Source: Selaginella moellendorffii (taxonomy: Eukaryota; Plantae; Lycopodiophyta). From it: a DNA stretch of 64,000 nt. The notes beneath the pieces are model-generated. The model was given only the letters and a program-made list of their open reading frames with translations, was not told the DNA's origin and searched no databases. The stretch is taken from NCBI RefSeq assembly GCF_000143415.4, contig NW_003314402.1:197804-261803 (forward strand), given 5' to 3'. A program made the translations under genes and the position numbers. Positions 51,582 through 64,000 of the stretch are shown here, piece after piece (the first letter of the stretch is position 1; every line of letters starts with the position of its first letter).

Positions 51582-54149
51582 ATGAAACTACTTACTCTCA
51601 TGCTGCTGCTCTCTTCGATTTACTACAGCAGAGTCCTCGCCGACTTCTTGCGCGGAAGCACTGTCACAACAGGAAGCCCTTGGAGATCACCCGGAGGAAC
51701 CTTTGGATTTGGATTTGTAATGAGCACCCGGAACTTCAATCTAGCGATCTGGTATGATATAGATCCGAAGAAGACTGTCATCTGGATGGCAATGGCAAAC
51801 GGGCAGCTGATCCAGGTGAGTGAAAATGCCAAGCTTGAGTTGAAAGCCGAGGGAGGACTTTCCGTCACTGATGGCAGCTCCGTCCCCTTGTGGCAAACCA
51901 ATCCCGGACAGTGTTGTGCTGAAAGTGCTGCGCTGCTCGAGAACGGGAACTTAGTTGTCCTTGGGAAAGACAAGAAAGTTGCATGGCAGAGCTTCGACTC
52001 TCCAACGAACAACCTTTTGCCCGAGCAGCAGCTCCGCACGCAAGGAAATCCGTCCTTGGGATACATGAGGTTGATTTCCCAGTCTGGAGCATACCAGCTT
52101 GTTCTCAACAGTGGTCAGGTGCTGCTCAAGAACTTAAAGCTGGAGATCCCGCAAAAGTACTGGTCTATCGCGAATCCGACACTGAACTCCACCATGACTT
52201 GCCTGGATGACGAAACCGGAGAGCACGTCTTGAACAACAATGCTTGCCAGCCTGATCGTTCTCTCAAGTTCCCGGCCGTCATGAACTTGAGCTCTCAAGG
52301 GGTCCTTTCCTTTTACGACGCAACTGGAAAGAGCTGGGCATCAGGATCAATGAGTTCACAAGACTACGCGCTTGACTATGACGATGCGAATGTGTTGAGG
52401 AGACTTACGCTGGACGACGATGGCAATCTCAGGATCTACAGCTTCGGCCCGAAGAACAAGAGTGGCTCCTGGAGCGTCGTCTGGCAAGCCGTCATGCTCG
52501 AGTGCGACATCTTTGGAACATGTGGACCTTTCGCTCTCTGCACCTACAGGCCCACAAAAATTTGCAGCTGTCCTCCTGGATTTCACCGAGTTGATCCAAA
52601 CGACGAATCGAAGGGTTGTGACTACGATATACCTCTGGGAGCTTGTCAAAACTCCCCGAACTCGGTGAAGCTCGTCCAGGTGAACCGAGCAGACTACTAC
52701 TTCAACGATTACAACTTCGACTCGAGCATCAAGTCGCTCGAGAAGTGCAAGGACACCTGCATGCAAGATTGTAAGTGCCTGGCAGCCGCGTACAAGTACG
52801 ACGGCACGGGCTTGTGCTTCCTCAAAGGCAACTCCAACAAGCTCTATAACGGTAAGCAGACCTTGAACGAGATGAACATGGTGTTTATGAAGCTGTCGAG
52901 CCTGGACACATCTGCAGCCGACGACCAGCACGATCCCTTCCTCGCGGATGCAAACGCCACGGTGAGTGACCAAGCCATGCCAAAGATAAATAAACGGACA
53001 GTCTACCTCTCGCGGCACCTCCAGTCCATCATTCTGTCCGTGGCCATCGTCGAGTTCGGGCTGTTTGCCACTGGAGCCGCGATCGTGGCGGCTGTGTGGA
53101 AGAAAACCTCCCGCAAGAAATGGGAGGAGATGACGGCAGAGATCGAGGGGCTCCCGACCAAGTTCACGTATCGCCAGCTCCAGGATGCTACAGACAACTT
53201 CCGCGACGAGTTAGGCTCGGGAGGATTCGGGAGCGTGTATAGAGGAAACATACCGGAGAAAGGTGGCATTGTGGCCGTGAAGAAGATCACCACCGTGAAC
53301 CAGGCCAAGAAGCAATTCAAGGCCGAGGTGAGCACGATTGGAAGAGTACACCACGTCAACTTGGTCCGCCTCCTCGGCTACTGTGCCGAGGGAGACCACC
53401 ACCTCCTCGTCTACGAGTTCATGCCAAACGGTTCTCTCGACCACCACCTCTCGGCCTCGTCCTCGTTCGCTGCGTCGCAAGAGATCTTCTCAACCTGGGA
53501 GACACGACACTCAATCGCGCTGGGGATTGCCAAAGGATTGACGTACCTCCACGAGAAGTGTGGCGAGCGCATCGTCCACTGCGATATCAAGCCACAAAAC
53601 GTGCTGCTCAACGAGAGCTTCCGGCCAAAGGTGTCCGATTTTGGGCTGGCGAGGATGATGACAAAAGAATCGATGAGCATCACCACCGTGCAAGGAACCA
53701 GGGGATACCTCGCCCCGGAGTGGCTCGAGAGCCAATCCATCACCCCCAAGGCCGACGTCTATAGCTTTGGGATGCTCCTGCTGGATATCTTGGGCGGCAA
53801 GAGGAAGGCCCTCATGGAGCTGGGCAGCGGAGACAGAGAATACGAGAATGCGCCACTGCCACCGCCCCGCGAGTGGTATTTCCCGATCTACGCCTTCCAT
53901 AAGTACATGACCTCGGAGCTGGAGAGCGTTGCCGATCCAAACCTGGCGAGCGGCAGCGTGGATTGGGAGCAATTCGAGACGGCGCTCAAGATCGCGCTGT
54001 CGTGCATCCACCAGGATCCAGGATCTAGGCCAGCGATGAGCCGCGTGGTGCAGATCCTGGAGGGCAAAGCGGAGGCACCGCCGCCGCCATTTCCAGACGC
54101 TGGCGAAAATGATCTGTTCGTGGCGCTGCAAACCTCGACTATATGCTAG
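51582..54149 (+). CDS. Intronless G-type lectin S-receptor-like Ser/Thr kinase (SD2 type), 855 aa
   Basis: Signal peptide MKLLTLMLLLSS; B-lectin WQSFDSPTNNLLP; EGF; PAN; TM IILSVAIVEFGLFATGAAIVAAVW; kinase GSGGFG, VAVKK, HCDIKPQN, DFG, GTRGYLAPEW. Confidence 0.96.
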   Translation: MKLLTLMLLLSSIYYSRVLADFLRGSTVTTGSPWRSPGGTFGFGFVMSTRNFNLAIWYDIDPKKTVIWMAMANGQLIQVSENAKLELKAEGGLSVTDGSSVPLWQTNPGQCCAESAALLENGNLVVLGKDKKVAWQSFDSPTNNLLPEQQLRTQGNPSLGYMRLISQSGAYQLVLNSGQVLLKNLKLEIPQKYWSIANPTLNSTMTCLDDETGEHVLNNNACQPDRSLKFPAVMNLSSQGVLSFYDATGKSWASGSMSSQDYALDYDDANVLRRLTLDDDGNLRIYSFGPKNKSGSWSVVWQAVMLECDIFGTCGPFALCTYRPTKICSCPPGFHRVDPNDESKGCDYDIPLGACQNSPNSVKLVQVNRADYYFNDYNFDSSIKSLEKCKDTCMQDCKCLAAAYKYDGTGLCFLKGNSNKLYNGKQTLNEMNMVFMKLSSLDTSAADDQHDPFLADANATVSDQAMPKINKRTVYLSRHLQSIILSVAIVEFGLFATGAAIVAAVWKKTSRKKWEEMTAEIEGLPTKFTYRQLQDATDNFRDELGSGGFGSVYRGNIPEKGGIVAVKKITTVNQAKKQFKAEVSTIGRVHHVNLVRLLGYCAEGDHHLLVYEFMPNGSLDHHLSASSSFAASQEIFSTWETRHSIALGIAKGLTYLHEKCGERIVHCDIKPQNVLLNESFRPKVSDFGLARMMTKESMSITTVQGTRGYLAPEWLESQSITPKADVYSFGMLLLDILGGKRKALMELGSGDREYENAPLPPPREWYFPIYAFHKYMTSELESVADPNLASGSVDWEQFETALKIALSCIHQDPGSRPAMSRVVQILEGKAEAPPPPFPDAGENDLFVALQTSTIC

Positions 54150-56440
54150 GACTTTAAATATTAAATTATTTGAATTTGTGAGGTTCAAATGCAATGAATT
54201 TAATGAGATTTTAATATTTGTTAGATTGAACCACTCACTCTTATATATAACTTAGGGTTTTTGGGCTAATTAATATATATATTTCTGTATTTCCTTTTCA
54301 TATTATGCACTCATAAATTGAAAGTATTATATAAAAATAATAAATAAAATTTAAAAATATTATGGTTATAGACAAGATAATTGATATACCAAATAGACAT
54401 ATATGAAAAACTGATGTAAAATCTTTGAAAACCTCTTTATATCCAACCATTCACTATTCCCATTTTATAAAAGGACTGTACAAGTGAGAGGTGAGCATTT
54501 TGGTTTCATATTTCAAATAGAACAAAGTTAATGGAATAACATGAAATGAAAAAAGGTGATGGAGTAGATGTTTGTGATTTTTATGGCTTTTGACTAATTC
54601 CTTGGATCATCCTTTCATTATCTAAGTTTAAATATGGTTAAGATTAAGCCAAACCCAAGCCAAGACATGCCCGCTCATGCTGGATTCTAATTAAAAGAAA
54701 AATATTTATTTTTATTTTTATTTTAAGAAAAATATGATCTAGCTGTTGAAAATAACAAGAATAAGAATGGTGATCAATTGCAGCATCTTAGGTGTGGGTA
54801 GAGGTGCCTAATTTCATTGCAAGAAAGTGTGAAAGCCAAGCCAACCTAGCTCACCCTATATGAACTCTCCTGTCAACTCACTATTGCTGGGCTGGATTCT
54901 AGATTGAAGGTATTAAGCCCTTCAACCAAGACAGACCTTTTGGTCCTCCAGAACCATGAAAGTAAACCCAATAATAAAGAGGTTGGCATTGACATCAATG
55001 CTTTTATAGACTTCTAAAAAGAATATGACATAGCTGTTGAAAATAGCAAGACTAAGAGGTGTTGACCAGAACTTAATCAATTGAAGCATCTTTTGGAAAT
55101 CCACACTATTTTCACAAATAACATCCAAGTACAATAATGATCTAGCTGCTAATTTCTTGAGCATTGCAAGAAAGTGTGAAATGAAAGACAAAAGAACCAG
55201 AATATACTTATTTACTTTGACCTTGAAAAGAAAAAGAAAAGTTATTCTGAGAATATTCTCTTAGACTAGGTTAAAGGTTAAAAGGAGATTTACAGCTTAC
55301 ACATATATTACATAAAAACTTTTGCATTAGGAAATTTGTGGTCCATAGAGATCTAGGTGAGATGTTTGATGTTAACATATATACACCTATTCATATGCCC
55401 ATGTGGCATAAGGATGGGCATCTAGATAAATTCAACTTTGAGAATATTCTTTTTTAATCTAGGTGTTAAAAACCATTTTAATCAATTAAACCAATACTTT
55501 CTAATTAAATTTACTGAGTATTATTATTATTACAATTTTAAGAAAATATTTTTATTAAATATTAATTTTTGCTGTAAAATTCAATAAATAATATTGAATA
55601 TTCTTTCTTATTCGATATATTGTAAATCACTTACCAACTCTGCTAAAATAATGATGGTTAGCCATCCAAATTCTTTTAAATCAATGTATAGATAAATGTT
55701 TATTCTTTCAATAAGGTTTATTATGAGCTTATTATTGTTATTCTCAAAGTTAAGAGCAAAAGTATTAAAAGCATAAGCCGGATAATTATTCAAGGATGTG
55801 GGAGGATGGTAGGCATCATTAGAAGCTGAGAGTCTCATGCAGACACTGTGGATGGAAGTAATGATGGAATTAGTGGAAGTGTAAGGTGGTGGATTGCTTT
55901 TAAAAAATCTGGGAATGCTTGTGGAGTGGCTGTGTAGAGCATCTGCATGATGGCATTCTGCTGAAAGAGGCTAAACGAGAGGAGAAAGAAGCATAAGGGT
56001 GGACGATTTCTAAACTACTGGACATGACAGGAGCAAATGTTACAATTAAGCAACTTTCAACTAAGCCTAAGCTTAACCTCTGAGGAAAGAAGTGTCTTGT
56101 TCAATCTATGGTGTCCAGGAGAAAAACTTGTTTCATTTTTTTCATCTCATAGATGTTCCAGCTCTCTGTCCTGCTTGCTTTTTAGTCACGCCAGGGATGT
56201 TCAAGTGTAGAGCCAACTTCAGGGCGCGATAATCTCGGACTTTGGTACCGCCGGGGATGCTTGGGATTGCATGCCTTACGTACCAGATACGTCGAAGTGG
56301 CGATGCTTCGTTTCTCTCTGCAGGAGCCACAGACACTATGAGGATAGTGCACTAACTGCGAAGCAAAAACCCGGCAAGCAACTTACGGAATGAAATCGAA
56401 AACGCACCTTGTTAGCTTACACGGTGCTGCTGTTTAATGC

Positions 56441-58647
<2,207 letters not shown>

Positions 58648-59674
58648 TTCCCCCCTTCTACTCGCATTCTAGGGTTCTAGGGCTTGCTCGAGAGCAGGGT
58701 TACCGCTGGCGTGGAGCCCGCGTGGAGCCCACGTGGAGCCGTACCTTTGAAACAAAATGAGCGGGAAACGCTCGAGATAGCGAATTTGGAGAGCTTGGAA
58801 TCTCCTGTAGAGAAACACGACTTTAGCGAGACAATGGGGAAGAACTAGGAACTCCAGCAACTTCTTTGAGGCACGAAAGAGAAAAAGAGCAAACTCTTGG
58901 TCGTTTTTGCCTAGCAGAATACGAAGGCTTGTTTGGATGAGACCATTCAATCCAAGCTAGCTTACCGGGACTCGATCTGTATAGAGATCATTCGAAAACC
59001 ATCAGATGAAAACATGCCTGCTGAGCATACAAGGAACTTACCAGCAAGAAGCGGTACGTTTTAGATCAACGCATGGTTCCTTTCCTTGCCTGTGACCTAC
59101 AAAACATTAGAAACAGCGATGCATTGAAACAAATATCCATTAGGAGTACCGTCACGAACAGTGATATACCGAAACCTCCCATCGGCATAGCGATCTTCAG
59201 GAAAAGGAAGTGGAGAACGTCCTGTCCATCACAGAAACTCAGAACTAGAAGAAATAAGCATAGAAACAACGGAAGAAAGCGTAGCTTACCTCCAACCATG
59301 TTTGCCTATGATCGAAAAAGCTCGAGAACACAGCGTAGCGTTTTCTCCCTCCACTGTAAATGCTCCGCCACCATACTCATGGACGGTGAAACGAACATTA
59401 AATCCAGAAGGAGCGATATCTTCCACTTGCGTATTCCCATCCAAGCAAGAAAAACCTTATTTCTCAGCGCTAGAGATTGCTCTCAAAAGAATTCTTGGAA
59501 GGAAGAAGACTCATTGCAAGGATTCTCGCAGAGAAGATTTCCATTCGCATAGTCGTGAATCCTCCGAGGCGCAGTGATGGTGACGGAAATGGAGCTTGTA
59601 GTCCACCATCGCGACTCGAGAGGAAATAGGAATTATTCTAGCACAAAATATTTAGGGCTTTGTCTGTCCAGTCC

Positions 59675-61687
59675 ATGGAATCGCATCACGCTTCGCTGGG
59701 GCGCCGCAAGGTGAGCTCGCCGCCGTGGAATCCGCATTGCTCTAACGTTGATCCAGTGTAGCTGGAGGAGATCCGGCAAAAGAAAGCGACGGAGAAGAAT
59801 TCCGCGAAGCAATCGGAGCTAATTCCATCAGGTAGAGGCTCGAAACACCATGAATCTCATGTTTTTTGCTTTCTCTTTCTTGTTCTAGGCCAGGATCAGG
59901 ATGTCGAGGGTCTCAAACAAGAGGTGAGAGTTTTTCTTATCTTTGAGAAGAGAGAACTTATTTGTGAGTGAATATTATAGTTAAGTTTTAGTTTTTATCT
60001 GCAGCTAGAAGCAACTCAAAACGAACGAAATGCGCTGCAAAGGCAATTGGACGAGAAGATCGAGAAAATACAAGTTCTTGTCCGGGACCTTCAAACTTTT
60101 CAAGCTTCAGCCAGTAACGTATGTGCTTGTTAGTCTTCATGTCTTGTAAGATTCTAAGTTTTCTTCCTCGCAGGATGCAAAGCTTGTTTCGGAGCTGAAG
60201 CAGTCTGTAAAAAATCTTACTGTTGATAGAGATGCCGCCATTACATCCAAGGTAGGCTTTATACGTCATTGCTTCAAGCAACAAGGGAAAGCTTCGATTT
60301 TGCTAGGAAGATGTTACAGCTCAGCTGCGTCTCGCAAGAAAAAGACTCCAAGAAGCCGAGAACGAGCAGTACAAGGTCCATTAGCTTGTCACAAAATACT
60401 CTTTGCAGAAAGCTAACCTCCACTTGCCAGGCCGAAGAAGATGCTGCTGTTTTGAGAGCAGAGCTGAAGCAATTGCAACAGCAGATGGAGCACTCAGCCA
60501 GCTCTCAGTCTTTCCATGCAACAATGCTTACAGACCAATATGCAATCAGCGACCAAGAGCACAAGGCCGTCAAAGAGGAGCTCCATGTAGGTTCCTGCAA
60601 GTTTTTGCGTTTCTTACTTCTCTTCTGCTACAGGATGCGCTTTTCCAGCTTCAAAACAATCGGCAACTGTTGGCCATGGAGCAGCAAAAGGTTGCTCAAC
60701 TTCTTGCTGAGAAAAAAGAGCTCGAAGCTGCTCTTGCGTCATCCCGGAACAATGAAGCCGGTACGAAGTTTTCCCGTTCCTTATTTTTAATCCATGTCTT
60801 GCCTGTCTGCCAACAGAAGCAAAGCGAGCACTTGCGAATGCTGCAAGCACTACCGAACAACAATTCACGAGTAACAAATGGAAGTCCAAGGTTCGTTTTC
60901 CTTGGCACGGTAAAATTCTTAATAGTTTTGCTCCAGGTGGACAGAGGGAAATACGAGCAACACCTTCGTGAGCTTGCCTCTATGGTTGAACGACTTGAAA
61001 ATGGCCGGCAGAAGCTGCTCGCAGAGGTAGAAACGCTTCACCAGTATTTCTAATGGTAGCCTTTTTCTTTCTTTGCTAGATTGACCGGCAGTCCCTGGAG
61101 ATTGAAAAGCTCTTCATGGAAAACGAAGGTCTAGTGAGTGGGTTAAACGAAACCTCGGAGATTGCAGCACAATGGGAACGCCAGGTACTCGAGACAAAAG
61201 AACTTTCAGAACTCTAACAAATCCTTTTGTTTTTCCCAGCTTCGTGAGTGCGCTAAACAGAACACAGAGCTAGAAAACAAGTTGCAAGCGCATCAAACAT
61301 TATCCCAACTAGAGGATTTGGTCAAGGAGGAGGATTTGTCATCGACAGAAATACCAAAACTTAAGGTAACGCGCTGGCCGCTTGCTCGTCTTTTTGTCTG
61401 TGGAGTCTTAAACTCTCGGCTCTGGTGTTTTTCTTCTCCCTGCAGATGGATTTAACAAAAGCATTGGGCGAAAGAGACCAGCTGGCTTTGGAGTTGGCGA
61501 GTGTCAGGATCACCTTGAATGGATTCAACAGACTGTAAGCTTTTCTCCTTTGTTTTTGCTTTGTTTGGTTTTTTTCAGAGTTTTTTAACAGGCTGCTTGC
61601 AGATATAATCCGGTGCTCTCCAGCCTGGAGACGAGGCTTGTACAAATCAAACAAAACTCCGCGCAGCAAATCGATGTAAGTTTCTAA
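59675..61687 (+). CDS. Multi-exon coiled-coil protein of unknown function; 3' end uncertain (may extend to ~61783)
   Basis: Starts MESHHASLGRRK|LEEIRQKKA. Many short GT-AG introns separate heptad-rich exons such as AEEDAAVLRAELKQLQQQ, YEQHLRELASMVERLENGRQKLLAE and YNPVLSSLETRL. Confidence 0.75.
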
Positions 61688-62110
61688 GGATATATGTGGA
61701 AGTCTCCGTATGTTTCTAATCTTTTTAAGGCCCGGCAAAGGGTGTCTCTTCGTTCTTCTTGCTTCTATGTGACAGCCTTTTAAGTACACGCACAATGAAA
61801 GATCGAGGGCATTAGGGCTTTTCATCTTGTGGTGGTCGAGTTTTGAAGTACAATGCGGCAGCGCGCTGGAAGTTTTTGCGCTCTCGATCGCAGCAATCGT
61901 GGCCGTATTCCGTGCTGGGCAGCTCCATTTTCGAGGTAGGGATCTGAATTGCTAGGCTCTCGGGAAGAAGATGAGCTAAACTCTTGGCCGGGAGGATCTT
62001 CTAGAGATTCCAGTGCTCTTGAGTGATGAAGTGGGTCTCCTGGAGAGAGACGGGAAGGAGGAAATAGATCAGTGGAGCACAATGGGACCGAGCAGAGCGT
62101 AGTATAATTC

Positions 62111-62731
62111 ATGTTTAGTGGGGATGGAAGTCATGGCGGATCGGTAGCGGTTCAAATAGAAGGCTTTCGCTACAATGGCAAGGGACTCAAGAGAAAAGTG
62201 TCCGAGGTGCAAGGCACTGTTTTGACAGTGTCCGAGGAGGAAGAGGATTGCGAGTCCGAGGTTCTGGGAGGAGCTTATGGGAACTTGCAAGAGATCTTGG
62301 CAAGAAAGGAGAGGAACAAGAAGAAGAAGAAGAAGAAGAAGCAGGGATTTGACGAGGGATTTCCTTGCGAATCAAACTTTGTAGCTGTGGATGAAGAAGT
62401 CAGCACGACGACATCCTTGGAGACCGAGGATCAGCGGCGCTGGCAGGAGCAGCAGCAGGGGAAGCAAGAGGAGTGGATCTTCGCGCGGCGGATTGGCAGG
62501 GTGGACGAGGAAGAAGTGAGCAGCGGGGACGAGTTTATGGAGTTTTGCGAGGAAGAAGATGGGGTAAAGATCGTCGCCAGTGATGATGCCAATGGCGATG
62601 ACGAAGAAGATCGTGACAAACCCGGCTCGACTTACATCCTCTCGTCTGGGCGACAGACATCCCAAGTTGAGAAGAAGATCCCCACCATTGACGACGAGTT
62701 TGAGGAGTACTTTCGCCAACTCATGCTTTGA
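62111..62731 (+). CDS. Acidic low-complexity plant protein, 206 aa
   Basis: Open ORF with a poly-K NLS-like run and acidic tracts. The C-terminus IPTIDDEFEEYFRQLML* resembles a conserved plant C-terminal motif. Confidence 0.7.
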   Translation: MFSGDGSHGGSVAVQIEGFRYNGKGLKRKVSEVQGTVLTVSEEEEDCESEVLGGAYGNLQEILARKERNKKKKKKKKQGFDEGFPCESNFVAVDEEVSTTTSLETEDQRRWQEQQQGKQEEWIFARRIGRVDEEEVSSGDEFMEFCEEEDGVKIVASDDANGDDEEDRDKPGSTYILSSGRQTSQVEKKIPTIDDEFEEYFRQLML

Positions 62732-63487
62732 TATAAACAAGAAAAGTTCCAGTGAGAACATTAAACCCTAATGGAATATTCTACGGATTTGAAAATGATT
62801 TGCTTGCGTGTAATTGATCCAGTCTAAGATTCCCGGACGTGGAAGAAGCAACCATGCAGTCGCCGACAAGCGCAATCCCTCCGACATTACCACTAAACCT
62901 AAAATCGACAAGCCGCCCCTCCTTTTCAAGCAACACCTAGGTCGCTCGCAATGTATCCAAGTGTGTGATCCAACATCAACGTCCTATTGTGGGGTGGATC
63001 ATGCAAAATAGCGAGCCTTGACCTAAAATATTCGGGCTCGGCCCATAGATGATAAGCGCGACCACGTAACAAAAAAGACACCTGACCATCGAACAGCGTA
63101 AGAAAGTTGGTGGATTTGTCGGAAGCGGTCAACCAATTAGTTTTAATGCGACGTCCACTTCATCCATGGCGCGGGTGGCGTGGGCCGTACAGGTGGTCTC
63201 TGGCCGTACGGATGCAAGCGGCCAAAGCAACGTCCACATTTCTTGCCAGAGTGAATGTCCGTACGCCAACTCCTCCCAGGGAGCGGAGATCACGGGTCTC
63301 CCTGCCGTGCCCTAAAATCCGTGCGTTGTATCCGCCCTAAAGAGAGGAAAGTCTGAGCTCCACGGGTACCCCAGTCACTCTGACTCAATGCAAGTGTAAG
63401 TGGGCCTCTAGATTGGATAACACAATATTATACATTACAACTATACACTGTATTTTATCATTATTTTCGAGGAGCTAAAATTTATCT

Positions 63488-63610
63488 ACACGCGGACGTG
63501 GCAGGAGTACGAAGCTGGTATTCCCTGGGCACGTTTACAGGGTGATTCGTTATTTGAATTGCAAGCTTGCGGGGGATATGCCTTCGCGGGGACTGGCCAC
63601 TGCACGTGGC
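63488..63610. promoter_or_regulatory. ABRE/G-box motifs
   Basis: ACGTGGC at 63496 and CACGTGGC at 63603. ACACGCGG (CE3-like) lies at 63488. Confidence 0.35.
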
Positions 63611-64000
63611 CATAAACCAGTTTGCACGGCAAAGTTATGGCCCAAAGTGGCGCCGCGCAGAGCCGTTAGATTCCCGGGATCGTGCGGCTGATGGATGGAA
63701 TGATTATGTGTATGGGGTATGGGTAAAGTGGGCGTGTAAGTGTGTGTAACTTTCAGTGGTTGCCCAGTCGCATTCTTCTTAGGTAAAGACGCGAAGCTCT
63801 CTTTTGTTTCTTTAGGAGGTTTTTTGTTTTTTAGGGTAGGAGAAGGCGGCTTTCTTGCATCTGGCGATGGTGGAGCGATCGCGAGCTCTAGCGAGCGAAT
63901 AGCCTTGCGCCAGGGAGAAGGTTTTGTTTCGCAGGGAAATTTGGCAATGCAGGGCACTTCTGCGCGTGATGGTGCGTAATCTCGGTGGAATTCGTCCAAA

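Noticed and set aside
52356-54194. Minus-strand ORFs of 220 and 227 aa
   Set aside because: Antisense shadows of the GC3-rich kinase gene.
54200-55900. AT-rich intergenic region with short imperfect repeats
   Set aside because: No classifiable element or credible ORF was found.
63550-63999. 149-aa minus-strand ORF
   Set aside because: Non-ATG start at the window edge, no recognisable domain, and it overlaps promoter-like sequence.

Overview
Eukaryotic land-plant DNA. The short 50-85 nt introns, dense genes and PPR debris suggest a lycophyte such as Selaginella; this is inference only. Positions 1-49 kb are a tandem array of a composite unit of about 9.5-15 kb. Each unit carries a minus-strand non-TIR NLR gene and intron-retaining, internally deleted fragments of unrelated genes (PPR, RAD5-like, URT1-like; Rab7 once, a putative ATPase once), and three units also carry an AT-rich TE-like block. 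Three NLR copies are intact, one has a frameshift in exon 1 and one is only a 5' stub. The two small ORFs upstream of each NB-ARC-LRR ORF splice in frame as exons 1 and 2. The resulting protein is about 1060 aa with a tandemly duplicated RPS2/RPS5-like (CCG10-like) coiled-coil N-terminus, which is the most notable feature. The array ends in a pseudogenised S-domain receptor kinase set head-to-head with an intact non-RD S-domain kinase. Single-copy genes follow: katanin p60, a coiled-coil protein and an acidic unknown protein.
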